Positions 28,975-38,474 of a stretch of DNA of 64,000 nucleotides are shown here, piece after piece. Source of the DNA: a virus (taxonomy: Duplodnaviria > Caudoviricetes); IMG/VR virus record IMGVR_UViG_3300047469_000103, positions 192,001 to 256,000 of that record; one strand, 5' to 3'. Position 1 is the first letter of the stretch. Every line of letters begins with the position of its first letter. The position numbers and the translations under genes were made by a program. The notes under the pieces were generated by a model. It was given only the letters and a program-made list of their open reading frames with translations, did no database searches and was not told where the DNA came from.

Positions 28975-29323
28975 TTAGCAATTCCTTTTCCGCTTCGAAT
29001 TCTTCACGCGTAGGCATTTGCGCCACTTGCGTTTCGTAAGACGTGCCGTCCGAATATTCCACAATGCGCATGATTAATTGGCCGTCGTAATCGTATCGCA
29101 GGCCAGTGACAATTCGTCCGTAATCATGCGTGACGATAACGTGGCATTCACCATTTGAACACCAGCGGATTTCTTCGCCCGCTTTCAGCTTTGGAACTGA
29201 GGTTAGGCCGGACGCGTGAATGCCGACTTTCTTGGACGTTGCAGCGCATTGCAAATAATCCACTTCGCGCATTTCAACGCCGTTCGAAGTGCGGACTGCC
29301 ATAGTGCGAGGAAACTGATTCAT
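28961..29323 (-). CDS. Hypothetical protein
   Basis: 120 aa ORF with AAGGA SD and overlaps at both ends. Confidence 0.7.
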   Translation of the reverse strand: MNQFPRTMAVRTSNGVEMREVDYLQCAATSKKVGIHASGLTSVPKLKAGEEIRWCSNGECHVIVTHDYGRIVTGLRYDYDGQLIMRIVEYSDGTSYETQVAQMPTREEFEAEKELLNVFR

Positions 29324-29454
29324 TTGAATTCCTTTTTGTGGCGCAGCGCTCGACGTTGGGCGCGATTCAAGACGGGCGGCGGATTATCAGTGTCGTCGCA
29401 TACGCAGCCGAATTCATACCATCCGCATTTTGTGCATTTCTTTTCAGTACCCAT
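29320..29454 (-). CDS. Small Cys-rich protein (44 aa), not in ORF track
   Basis: MGTEKKCTKCGWYEFGCVCDDTDNPPPVLNRAQRRALRHKKEFK. Fills the gap exactly, with an ATGA overlap onto the next gene. Confidence 0.65.
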   Translation of the reverse strand: MGTEKKCTKCGWYEFGCVCDDTDNPPPVLNRAQRRALRHKKEFK

Positions 29455-29677
29455 CTGGAGTATCCAGCGGATGTGGAATTTTCAACTCAAGCAAACGGTC
29501 ACGCATTCCCCTGTCGAAATCGCCGTAGTCAATTGCAGGATCGCACAAGTGCCACAGTTCTTTCATGCGGATTTTATCCTCACCGAAATTCGCGTAGGAT
29601 TTGTCCACGTAATCACGCCCAGCCTGTCGAACTTCAGCCGGGGTTTTAATGCCAAGGAGATTGCGTAACCATTGCAT
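29444..29677 (-). CDS. Hypothetical protein
   Basis: 77 aa ORF in operon context. Confidence 0.7.
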   Translation of the reverse strand: MQWLRNLLGIKTPAEVRQAGRDYVDKSYANFGEDKIRMKELWHLCDPAIDYGDFDRGMRDRLLELKIPHPLDTPDGY

Positions 29678-29680
29678 GAG

Positions 29681-31375
29681 TTATTTTCCAATACGTTTTT
29701 GTTTACCCTTCTCGAAACTCATTTTCTTTTTCGAGTAACGGTCTTCTTTTGCGTCATTGCGCTTGTTGTGAATCGAAGCAGCGATACCGCCGAACAAGCC
29801 ACCGGTAGGCATACGCGCAATTGCGCTCGTTTCTGTTTCAGCATCGACTTCTTCGTAACTTATGTCACGCTTTACATTTTTCAGCCATTTGCCCATCCGC
29901 TCCAATGCAACCGGCGTCGGCGTGTGGTTAAATTCAACTGCCTGATTCCACGTGTTCGAACAATACTTCAAAGAGGCGTTCGCTTTAGTGTCTACAAAGA
30001 ATCGAATAATCGGCTGACGTTTTGCAGGATCAGGTGTGAGAATACGCGAGCTTTCCTGTTTCCAGTTCGGTTCGTTATTCATCGGCATGACGTAGTAAAG
30101 ACACGACCACGGTTTGATGTTGATACCGCGCTGCAACAGACGACGAATCCCGACAACCACGCGGATTTTACGCTCGCCCGCTTGCTGCTTAATCCAGTCG
30201 CGACGTTCTTTGTTTTTCTTCGGATTGCTACCGCCAGTAAATGCTGCGGCAACCTCATAACCGACACGATCATTAATCCGTTTTACCAGTTCTTCGATGT
30301 GGTCTTTGAAGTGGCACGGAATAACGATGGAATGTCCGGCTTCCAAATCTTTCATAACCCAATCAATAATCAGGTCATTTCGTTTCTTGTGCTTCGCGAG
30401 CATTTTGCCGAGGAACACAAAGCCCGGTTTCCCTTTGAACGCACCTTTCGATTTCACACCCGTATCAACGGCTAGCAATTTCGCTACCATTTGACCACGT
30501 TTGATTTTCGACTTCACTTCACCAATTACAAGCGCGGTGATGATGTGCTTTCCGTCCTTCCGGGTTTCCGTACCAGTGCAACCCATACGCACGCGCATTT
30601 TCATGCTGTTCATTACGTCAGCGAATTCAGGCGCACCGGTGGCCTGTACTTCGTCCACAATTACGGTGCCGAAAACTTTGTTCACCTTCGCCAAGAATTT
30701 CCGACCTTTCGGACTCAGAAAAGACTGGTAGGTGATGATCCCGATTTGAATGTCTTCGAGGTCTTTTGCTGTCTTGATAAATCCGAAAAGTTTCTTCCCG
30801 GTTTTCTTCTCAAGTGCAGGTAGGTTCGTGCTTTCGCGAATGTCCCCAAGGAACTGATTCAGGAAGTCATATTGGTCAGCGATCAACAGGACTTTGTAGC
30901 CCAGTTCGATTGCGATTTTTAACGCGGTCAAAGATTTACCAGAACGCGGCGGAAGCACGAAAAGGCCGTACTTGGCCTTTTTCATTTTCTCCACGGTTTT
31001 CAATTGGTACGAATACCAGTCGCGGTCTTCGCCCAAACTGATTTTAATCTTGTAGTCAAATGGAACGCGGGTTCGCTTATCCACGACGGTGTAATCATCG
31101 AAGTCGATTTTCATCTTTTCTTCGATGTTGTTTCGGTCGCCCATCGGCAGACCGATATATTCGATGTTCCCAAAAACACGCTTGTTAGCAAGTTGGTAAG
31201 AGCCGTTGAAATTCTCACAGCCCTTACACTCAGGCACGGGACGTTTCGGGCGGAAGTCACAGGACTTGCAGCCGAAGTCCGAAAAGAAGTTTTTAAAATA
31301 TTCCTTCTTTACCCGCTTCTCGCTAAGATCAATGCTCGGCACATAGAACTTATCCGATACGATTATTTTTCCCAT
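29681..31375 (-). CDS. Superfamily 2 helicase (UvsW-like)
   Basis: LPPRSGKS Walker A, IVDEVQ motif II, GCTGT..RKDG motif III, RGINIK, SRILTP. N-terminal CxxC...CxxC. Confidence 0.9.
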   Translation of the reverse strand: MGKIIVSDKFYVPSIDLSEKRVKKEYFKNFFSDFGCKSCDFRPKRPVPECKGCENFNGSYQLANKRVFGNIEYIGLPMGDRNNIEEKMKIDFDDYTVVDKRTRVPFDYKIKISLGEDRDWYSYQLKTVEKMKKAKYGLFVLPPRSGKSLTALKIAIELGYKVLLIADQYDFLNQFLGDIRESTNLPALEKKTGKKLFGFIKTAKDLEDIQIGIITYQSFLSPKGRKFLAKVNKVFGTVIVDEVQATGAPEFADVMNSMKMRVRMGCTGTETRKDGKHIITALVIGEVKSKIKRGQMVAKLLAVDTGVKSKGAFKGKPGFVFLGKMLAKHKKRNDLIIDWVMKDLEAGHSIVIPCHFKDHIEELVKRINDRVGYEVAAAFTGGSNPKKNKERRDWIKQQAGERKIRVVVGIRRLLQRGINIKPWSCLYYVMPMNNEPNWKQESSRILTPDPAKRQPIIRFFVDTKANASLKYCSNTWNQAVEFNHTPTPVALERMGKWLKNVKRDISYEEVDAETETSAIARMPTGGLFGGIAASIHNKRNDAKEDRYSKKKMSFEKGKQKRIGK

Positions 31376-31869
31376 TTTTTCCTGAAGGGCGCTTCCCCGT
31401 AGGTGCTATTGACGTTCGCAATATCCCGTTTGTATTCGATGTTGTACGGTTCAACCACTGGAAAGAATTTCTGGCGATGTTCTGCACACATGCTTTCCGG
31501 TCGGCTCACGTCAATCTGAAGTGGCATCTGCGATTCGACAATGTAATCCAGATATTGATTGGTCAGTTCTGGCGTCCAGTCAATCGGGAAAACCGTCTGC
31601 CAATGGTTCGGCTTGTAGTCGAGCAAGTAACGGAACGTCGCACGTTTCAAACCTTCCAAATCTGCCACGGTAAATACGCAAATCATTCCTACGCGAAACA
31701 GCAAATGGTGTGCGAGAATTCCGATGTGTGATTTGCGATCCGGGTTTGTTTCCAGCCACTGTTGCATGCTCGTGTAATACGTGAAATTTTCCACGTCACC
31801 CAAGACAGCAATAATCGGGATTGGAGGTGTAAACTGGAACGTCGGCAGTGTCTGGTCTACAGGTTCCAT
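31363..31869 (-). CDS. Hypothetical protein
   Basis: 168 aa ORF in operon context. Confidence 0.7.
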   Translation of the reverse strand: MEPVDQTLPTFQFTPPIPIIAVLGDVENFTYYTSMQQWLETNPDRKSHIGILAHHLLFRVGMICVFTVADLEGLKRATFRYLLDYKPNHWQTVFPIDWTPELTNQYLDYIVESQMPLQIDVSRPESMCAEHRQKFFPVVEPYNIEYKRDIANVNSTYGEAPFRKKWEK

Positions 31870-31875
31870 TTACAG

Positions 31876-32211
31876 TTACCCTCTATCCTTGTCGTACCAA
31901 TAGTGGGAGCCAACTTGCGGCGCTGGCGGATTTGCACGTGGCTGACTTTCAGGATAAAGCAACAGGATATTTCGCACGTCGTAAACGTGTTTGTAAATGG
32001 CTTCGAACACTTCGACAGGAACACGCGTGGTCACGACCAACAGCGATTCAGGATCACGGCTCAGGCGTTCCAGATGTTCGATTGCGTCTTGCTCGTGGCG
32101 GACGATTACCGTATCCGCGCTTTGCATTTTATTCAGGCCATAACCGGCCATGACAATGCCAGTGCCCTCCACAGATTGCGTGCTGCGGATATGCAGGTTA
32201 ATTACTTTCAT
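31876..32211 (-). CDS. Hypothetical protein
   Basis: Start trimmed to MKVINL (ATGA overlap). Confidence 0.65.
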   Translation of the reverse strand: MKVINLHIRSTQSVEGTGIVMAGYGLNKMQSADTVIVRHEQDAIEHLERLSRDPESLLVVTTRVPVEVFEAIYKHVYDVRNILLLYPESQPRANPPAPQVGSHYWYDKDRG

Positions 32212-32534
32212 GCCGTTTGACTCCAAACAAAATCACGTTGAAATGGTGTGAGTTGAAACACCACCGAAGCACCCAACGCCATCAGTTCGAAAACCACGCG
32301 GCGGATGAATTGAATGTCGAGGCCATAGAAATAAACTTCGACAAAAGTGTTGGCATTCGCGTACTCCACAACCTGCTCATGGAATTCCGACAGGTCATCG
32401 CTTGCGCTAGCCTGAAGAACCACCAGATGGTTTGTGTCGTATTGTAGTTTCGTCCCTTCAAAAGATTTCGCAATTTCTGCTTTGTCTTCGAGCGCCGAAA
32501 TATCTTCCGTTGAATACACGAATGCCGTTTTCAT
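32208..32534 (-). CDS. Hypothetical protein
   Basis: 108 aa ORF with ATGA overlaps. Confidence 0.7.
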   Translation of the reverse strand: MKTAFVYSTEDISALEDKAEIAKSFEGTKLQYDTNHLVVLQASASDDLSEFHEQVVEYANANTFVEVYFYGLDIQFIRRVVFELMALGASVVFQLTPFQRDFVWSQTA

Positions 32535-33079
32535 AACGATACCTGTTCGGGTTTGGTTAAGACAATAACCAGCTTCACCAAATTGGTATACATGTAACCG
32601 GCTTGGTCAATGTCTTCCACAATTAGGGCGGCTGATTTGTCGAGTGTTTGTACTTGATGCAGGAATTCATAGAATGGTTTCATGATGGATTCGATGAACG
32701 CCTTTCGCTCAGCCTGCGCGCCAATGCTCTTCAGATGGTGTCCGAATTCTGAGAGCAAATAGTCACGCAAATTGCTAAGTGTTTTTTCCATTGCACTGCT
32801 GATCTTTACACACTGGCCGCGAATCTCTGTGCAGCGTGAACGTGTGGACTGATCTTGCAGCATGGAATCCAGAACCTTTTCGGGGAACTGGCGCAGACTT
32901 TTCTTGCGTCGTAATTCGCGAGTTTGCCGTGTCATGTGGAGCATTTGTAGCTCTTCATGGAAGGCGTCAAAATCAATTGCATACGCCGGGTTTCTTTCGA
33001 ACATTTCAAGGAACTGCTGATAGCGCTTGTTCTTCTTGATCGTCCGGCGTATTGCTTTAATTTCTTCGCGACTACTCAT
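32531..33079 (-). CDS. Helical protein, possibly UvsY-like recombination mediator
   Basis: AERKAFIE...L..V..L......EDIDQAGY...N.VKL resembles the UvsY-like C-terminal half. Near the UvsW-like helicase. Confidence 0.35.
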   Translation of the reverse strand: MSSREEIKAIRRTIKKNKRYQQFLEMFERNPAYAIDFDAFHEELQMLHMTRQTRELRRKKSLRQFPEKVLDSMLQDQSTRSRCTEIRGQCVKISSAMEKTLSNLRDYLLSEFGHHLKSIGAQAERKAFIESIMKPFYEFLHQVQTLDKSAALIVEDIDQAGYMYTNLVKLVIVLTKPEQVSL

Positions 33080-33395
33080 TCACATCACGCAAGCGAGCAT
33101 TGTAATGTTCCGCCAGCGCTTCACACGAGGCAGCAATTTGCATGACCATATCTTTTTTCAGGTCGCACAGATTGTCGAAACTCGGTTCGCCAAACGGGAA
33201 CATTTGCCAGTAGTCCGCATACCAGCTTTCAACTTCCGTCATGTCCTGCAAATCCACGATTGCGGCTGCGTACATGTTGCGACGGTCGTTGCTTACGTTG
33301 ATCCACTCGACCGGATTATGATCGAAAATCAATTCAATCCCTGCCAACGAATGGTGCAGGAAAATGCAGTTCGATAAATGCGTGAACGTTTTCAT
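33072..33395 (-). CDS. Hypothetical protein
   Basis: 107 aa ORF in operon context. Confidence 0.7.
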   Translation of the reverse strand: MKTFTHLSNCIFLHHSLAGIELIFDHNPVEWINVSNDRRNMYAAAIVDLQDMTEVESWYADYWQMFPFGEPSFDNLCDLKKDMVMQIAASCEALAEHYNARLRDVNE

Positions 33396-33838
33396 GATGG
33401 CTCCGTCACTAGGTAAGGAGAATGCGCGTTACCGCTAATAGCCAAGACGGCACCGGTGCTTGTCTTGAGTATTAACAGTTTTTGTCGGTCTGACGTTAAA
33501 GGCTGCTGGACGTAATCGTACAGTTCCTTTTTATTGCACTTCACAATAAGCCGATGCTCGGCAAGATCGACTTTTGACGTATCGGTTACAACGAACAAAT
33601 GGCCGTAGATTGAACCGCGACCATTGACGAAATTGTACATCTTGCAGAACCGATTTAAGATCGTCGGATTCTGGTAGTCAATTTGCATCGGCGTTTTAAC
33701 CAGCTTGCGAAAAAAGAGGCCGATGTGGTGGCCGTCGTGCGCGCCACCTAAATCTTCGAAAGTGTCTACTTTGCGAACCGTATGCACGAACGTATCCGCC
33801 AGACTGAAAATCGGACTTACATCACTTCGCTTCATCAT
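33392..33838 (-). CDS. Hypothetical protein
   Basis: 148 aa ORF in operon context. Confidence 0.7.
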   Translation of the reverse strand: MMKRSDVSPIFSLADTFVHTVRKVDTFEDLGGAHDGHHIGLFFRKLVKTPMQIDYQNPTILNRFCKMYNFVNGRGSIYGHLFVVTDTSKVDLAEHRLIVKCNKKELYDYVQQPLTSDRQKLLILKTSTGAVLAISGNAHSPYLVTEPS

Positions 33839-34979
33839 AAGTGCCGACCAATGTCAGTGTGCCTTCGTCCGTTTTCGTAATGAAACGGTAGGTGGACATT
33901 GCTGCCGGGATTTTGTAGAAGTTCATATTGATTTCCATGTCTTTCGCCTTGTTGAACAAGTCCATGAAAATGCGCGGGTCTACACGAATTTGCAAAGGCT
34001 TACCGGTCGTTTCGGCTTTGAATTTATCCGATACTTTACCGCCTTTACCTTGCACGTGCATGTTGACTTCGCCGTCTGCAATGGCAATCGCCATCCGCGT
34101 TTCGCCGTCAGTCAGAACCGCCATGTTCGAAACGGTAGCAACTGCTTTCGTGTCGAATTTCATTGTGGTGCGTGGCTTCAAATCATCCAGACTTTTGTTG
34201 TACTGAAGAGCCATCGTGTAATGACTTTCTTCCAACTGAGTTTCTGGAATCGACACAGTGAATTCTGGACTGGTCACGCGGAATCGACCGCCGCTAGTCG
34301 AGAACGAAACTTCGTCGCTTTCAATGAATTTGTCGATCACCGTAAACGCTTTCGCAGGCAGTGCCATACGGATCGGCGTTTTGTTTTTCACTTTGGTGCG
34401 GTACAGCGCAACATGGTGTTCATCGTAGCAATAAACACGCATGATTTTTTCACCGATATCAAAGATCACCGGCAGTTCGGTTTTCGCATAGAAGTCGGTG
34501 ATGTTTACCCGGCGCACAGCAGCCAGCAAACGTTCCACAATCGCTTTATCCATCGGCGGGGTTTTCTCCCCGTTCAACTGGTGTTCAAGCATGCGGATAT
34601 CGTCAGCATCGAATTCCATAGCGTCCAAATGCGCTTCGAAATTCCCTTTCTTTTCCTTGAATGCAATCTTACCGCCACCGGTTTTGAAATTGCATTCAGT
34701 CCGCGCTTTCAGCAGGCCGGTCAGCGTGTTGGCATCAACGCGAATTGTCCCGGCTTTTTCTACTTCCCCGGAAATCTTCATAGACGCCAGCGCGTCAGTC
34801 GATGTGCCAATCAGATAAACGCCGTCGATCTTTTTCCCTTGGCCTTTAATCGCAGCGATCACGAATTTCGTGTCGTCGGATTTGGTGTAGGTAGTCACGC
34901 CGTTAATCTTTGTGAAACCCGTTGCGATATCCTTACCGGATGCGCTGAATTTCAGTTCGTTACCTTCGATTAATTTCAT
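33822..34979 (-). CDS. DNA sliding clamp, bacterial beta (DnaN)-like
   Basis: 385 aa three-domain pattern aligning by eye with DnaN: LIGTSTD..GTIRVDA (cf. LTGTDLE..GATTVPA), VYCYDEHHVA (cf. VATDGHRLA), QIRVDPRIFMDLF (cf. EIGFNVSYVLDVL). Confidence 0.75.
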   Translation of the reverse strand: MKLIEGNELKFSASGKDIATGFTKINGVTTYTKSDDTKFVIAAIKGQGKKIDGVYLIGTSTDALASMKISGEVEKAGTIRVDANTLTGLLKARTECNFKTGGGKIAFKEKKGNFEAHLDAMEFDADDIRMLEHQLNGEKTPPMDKAIVERLLAAVRRVNITDFYAKTELPVIFDIGEKIMRVYCYDEHHVALYRTKVKNKTPIRMALPAKAFTVIDKFIESDEVSFSTSGGRFRVTSPEFTVSIPETQLEESHYTMALQYNKSLDDLKPRTTMKFDTKAVATVSNMAVLTDGETRMAIAIADGEVNMHVQGKGGKVSDKFKAETTGKPLQIRVDPRIFMDLFNKAKDMEINMNFYKIPAAMSTYRFITKTDEGTLTLVGTYDEAK

Positions 34980-35329
34980 TGCACTGTGTATCCCACAAGT
35001 TCGGCATGGCTGTACGGATGCAGCGTGAGTTCAAGGTGGTGTTGTCCGGCATCGTCGAGCAACACTTTGTAATTCCACAAAACGTTTACCTTGAATTCCA
35101 TCACTGCAACCGCTTCCATATTTTTTATCAAAGTGTCGAGGAAAGCATCGTCCACATAGACCTTTGAAATGCCGTGATGGACGTTAAGAACAAAACCCTG
35201 AATGAATCCGACAAAATCCTCAATCAACGGATCGTGTGGACTCATTCCCCCGTGCATATCGACGATCACGTTTGTGATTCGCGGCACGCCTTGCATAAAT
35301 GCTTCGTCGGGTATTTCGATTGTGCCCAT
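34976..35329 (-). CDS. Hypothetical protein
   Basis: 117 aa ORF with AAGGA SD. Confidence 0.7.
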   Translation of the reverse strand: MGTIEIPDEAFMQGVPRITNVIVDMHGGMSPHDPLIEDFVGFIQGFVLNVHHGISKVYVDDAFLDTLIKNMEAVAVMEFKVNVLWNYKVLLDDAGQHHLELTLHPYSHAELVGYTVQ

Positions 35330-35340
35330 GCTTATTTCCT

Positions 35341-38300
35341 TTATGCTTTGGACAGGCGTTTCTGCGGCTTCGTCAGCTTGATAGGGTCTTTATCTTTTGC
35401 GATCTTTTTCACCTTGCCGCCGATTGCGATTGGATCGGGCAGACCTTGTTCAATCAGGAATGCACGTTGCTTGATTGCCCACGACGGGCCTTCGTCGAAT
35501 TTACTGTGCAATTTGCGCAGCGTATCTTTCATATCCAAATCGTAACCGAGTTCAGAGTTCATCCCTTCAATTGCTTCACGCAACAACAGGTCGAGGCTGT
35601 CTTTTTCTTTGATCGGATATTTACCAGTCAGCGCCATGTTCCAGCCGCCGCACTGATCCAACGAGAAACCAAAATCAAAGTCGATTTCCAACGGGATTTC
35701 GAATGTGAAATTGTGACGCTCTTTCGAGATTGCAGCAACGTCGTAAGTCAGACCTTTTTCGATCATGTCCACGGCCAGCCAGAAGTCTTCAAATGCACAG
35801 GAGAATTCAAGGGAGTCGTGTACGCTGTTGGCCTGTACAAAGTCCGGGTAATGTCCGGTCTTTTGATAGTATTCAAAGCGACGTTTTTCAATGCAACGCG
35901 CCCCGGTCATCATGAAGTCAGAACCCATGCCCTGTACCGGAGAGTTTACAGATTGACGCTCGTTACGCGAAATGATGTTGCCTGCGTCTTCGTGCGATTG
36001 CGGAGTCAGGAAACCCCACAGATTACGGCGGCGTCCGAGTGGCGATTCTACATACAGGAATTCACGAGCGTGAGCCTTGGCTTTATCAAACCAGCCAGCA
36101 CCAACCGGGAAACGTTTAAAGAATTTCGCAGTCAAATCACGAACCATTTCCACGGTCGCGTCAATCGACTTCGCTGTACCCTTTTCACCCTGTTGGTAAA
36201 TCAGTCCGAAAATTACCTGCTTAACGCTGTTCCGTTTTGGCTTGTCGATCTTGTCGATATCCATACGGAAGAAGTACGCAGCGTTAATTTTATGTACGTC
36301 ACCTTTCAGTTCAATATCAACGGCCAATTCTTGCGTCGGCGTTTTCTTGAACTTCTCACGCAATACCAGACCTTCACGGAATACTGCTGCCACCTCTTTG
36401 TCACCAGAGATAAGCGACCAGCCGCGAACTTCGTGTGCCGCGTAGTCCACCTTGATAAATATTCGACCTTTCGGCGTAATAAACAAACGCTTAATCAGTT
36501 TACCCATTGCCGAACGCGACGGGATTGTTTGCAGTGTTGGGTCACGTGCCGAAGTACGGCCTGTCACCACGTCGAGATAACCGAATCGCGGACGCATGCA
36601 ACGGTCGGAACGGAAGTCGTCGTCTTCGCCCCACTTGAGAATAAAGCTCTTCACATACGAGTTGTAAAGTTTCTCAATTTTTGTGAGTTCGGAGAACAGT
36701 TTGATTTCCGGTACGTCTGCATATTTCTTCTGGAAATCTTTGTCGATCTTGCCTTCGCCCTTCTTGTTGAACATGACCGGTTTCAGGCCAAGCACTTTGA
36801 AGAACAAAAGCTGTTTATGATCGGACTTGTTGATCTTGAAAATCTTCAGGTTTGAACGCCCGAACATGCCCATGCTAGGCGCACCGTTCTGCTTAGCCAA
36901 TGCTTTGTTGGCTTTCTTCACACCTTCGGATTCGTAGAGCAACTTCGTAACGCGGTTTTTCTCTTGAACAATTTTCGAATCTTTCGACTTGAGTTTGAAC
37001 AGCCAGTCAATGTCGAGATACGAACCGTTGAATTCAAGGTTGCTCAGCGTGTGAATCTGATCGCTAAGCTGTTCGGAAACCAGCGACTCATATTTCTTAA
37101 AGCCGATTGTTTTACCGAGTTTCAATTGCAACTTTTGAATGTGCAGCAGCGTGATTACGTCGAGCGCCATGTACGTTAACACTGGCCCTTCCAAATCTTC
37201 GTCCGCGATGAACGCCCGGTTTTCTTTACCGAAGTCAGATTCGTAATACGCACGACAGCCGTACTGCATACAGATATTCAACAGGGAATAATAGTTACGC
37301 CCGGTCACTGTCTGGATTGCTTTATGGTTTTCATCCTTGCCGAATTCAGCAGAGATAACACACCACAAATTCGCTTTGAAGAACCGCACGCCCAAATCAC
37401 GACGCGCACCAATAAGGTCGAACGCTGCGTTGGCATACAGGTTGTATTTGTTCTTCGTTTCCCACTCGAAATAATCGCGAAGTTTCTTCTTGATGTATTT
37501 GAGTTCTTTCGGGAGCCACGGCGAATCTTTGTGCAGGAACGGCAGAATGTATGCCCGACCGGTTTCCGTTGCGAACTGCCAAGTTACCGTGTGGTTTTTA
37601 CGGCGGTTCAGGTTCCGGGTTTCCGTATCAATCGAAACGATTTCGGCTTCGACGATATCCTTGTACATTTTGTCGAACTTTTTAATCGTATCGACCATGA
37701 CGATATCGTATTTGAGCTTCGGCACTTTGTACATCAGTTCGCCGTCGTTCAAACAAGTCGTCAAGTTGCGCGCCACATAACCAGCAGCCGCCATCGTTTC
37801 GTCATTCTTCTGCAAGCTACGCAGACTCAATGTCGAGACGTGATTAAACTTGTGAACTTTCCCTTTGTATTCCAGTTTGGTTTTGATCGGCACTCCGTAG
37901 AAGTGCTGCCACTGGATACCTTTTTTCCCGGTGTGTTGGGAAATGAATTCGCCGTTAAGCGCCTTCGTCGGGTCTTGCCCGAATGTCACTACAGTATCAG
38001 GTTTATAAACGCTGATAATGTATTCCAAACGCTTCTTGAATTCCTGTGCTGCAATTTCCAAGAAGGCTGGCGCACCGCCCATAGTTTTCATGCTGTTATA
38101 ACTGACGGCCATCCAGTTATAATCATCCAGCTTATTTGGTGCGTGATAATATTCTTCAGCACACCACATCAGATTGCGCAACAATTCCCCTGTCGCACCA
38201 TCGAACAACTTGTTACGGCGCATTGCTTCGCCCGGCATCGAATCCAAAACAAACAGGATTTTGCCACGTGCATTTTTCGTCACGTGTTTGGGCAATTCAA

Positions 38301-38409
38301 CTTTGTCGAAGCCCACAACGTCGTAAGGTTTTAACGCCTTGCCGTACTTGTGGGAAAACTCCACATAATCAAACTTCATAGGGTAGTGTCCGGTATAGAA
38401 AACCTTCAC
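35341..38409 (-). CDS. Family A DNA polymerase with 3'-5' exonuclease and N-terminal UDG-like domain
   Basis: ExoI SIDTET, ExoII NAAFD, ExoIII YMALD, TGRTSARDPTLQTIP, motif A KVDYAAHEVR, motif B RNSVKQVIFGLIY, motif C VHDS. The true start may be ATG at 38379. Confidence 0.95.
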   Translation of the reverse strand: MKVFYTGHYPMKFDYVEFSHKYGKALKPYDVVGFDKVELPKHVTKNARGKILFVLDSMPGEAMRRNKLFDGATGELLRNLMWCAEEYYHAPNKLDDYNWMAVSYNSMKTMGGAPAFLEIAAQEFKKRLEYIISVYKPDTVVTFGQDPTKALNGEFISQHTGKKGIQWQHFYGVPIKTKLEYKGKVHKFNHVSTLSLRSLQKNDETMAAAGYVARNLTTCLNDGELMYKVPKLKYDIVMVDTIKKFDKMYKDIVEAEIVSIDTETRNLNRRKNHTVTWQFATETGRAYILPFLHKDSPWLPKELKYIKKKLRDYFEWETKNKYNLYANAAFDLIGARRDLGVRFFKANLWCVISAEFGKDENHKAIQTVTGRNYYSLLNICMQYGCRAYYESDFGKENRAFIADEDLEGPVLTYMALDVITLLHIQKLQLKLGKTIGFKKYESLVSEQLSDQIHTLSNLEFNGSYLDIDWLFKLKSKDSKIVQEKNRVTKLLYESEGVKKANKALAKQNGAPSMGMFGRSNLKIFKINKSDHKQLLFFKVLGLKPVMFNKKGEGKIDKDFQKKYADVPEIKLFSELTKIEKLYNSYVKSFILKWGEDDDFRSDRCMRPRFGYLDVVTGRTSARDPTLQTIPSRSAMGKLIKRLFITPKGRIFIKVDYAAHEVRGWSLISGDKEVAAVFREGLVLREKFKKTPTQELAVDIELKGDVHKINAAYFFRMDIDKIDKPKRNSVKQVIFGLIYQQGEKGTAKSIDATVEMVRDLTAKFFKRFPVGAGWFDKAKAHAREFLYVESPLGRRRNLWGFLTPQSHEDAGNIISRNERQSVNSPVQGMGSDFMMTGARCIEKRRFEYYQKTGHYPDFVQANSVHDSLEFSCAFEDFWLAVDMIEKGLTYDVAAISKERHNFTFEIPLEIDFDFGFSLDQCGGWNMALTGKYPIKEKDSLDLLLREAIEGMNSELGYDLDMKDTLRKLHSKFDEGPSWAIKQRAFLIEQGLPDPIAIGGKVKKIAKDKDPIKLTKPQKRLSKA

Positions 38410-38431
38410 AGTGTATTTACAGTTTTCTATA
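38394..38431. promoter_or_regulatory. 10 bp inverted repeat upstream of the polymerase gene
   Basis: TATAGAAAAC-N18-GTTTTCTATA, enclosing CTGTAAATA. Confidence 0.55.
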
Positions 38432-38436
38432 GAACG

Positions 38437-38472
38437 AAAAAACCCGCCAATCCAATGAGGAAAGGCGGGTTT
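38437..38472 (-). terminator. Intrinsic terminator
   Basis: AAACCCGCC-TT-TCC-TCATT-GGA-TT-GGCGGGTTT followed by a T-run. Confidence 0.85.
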
Positions 38473-38474
38473 GA

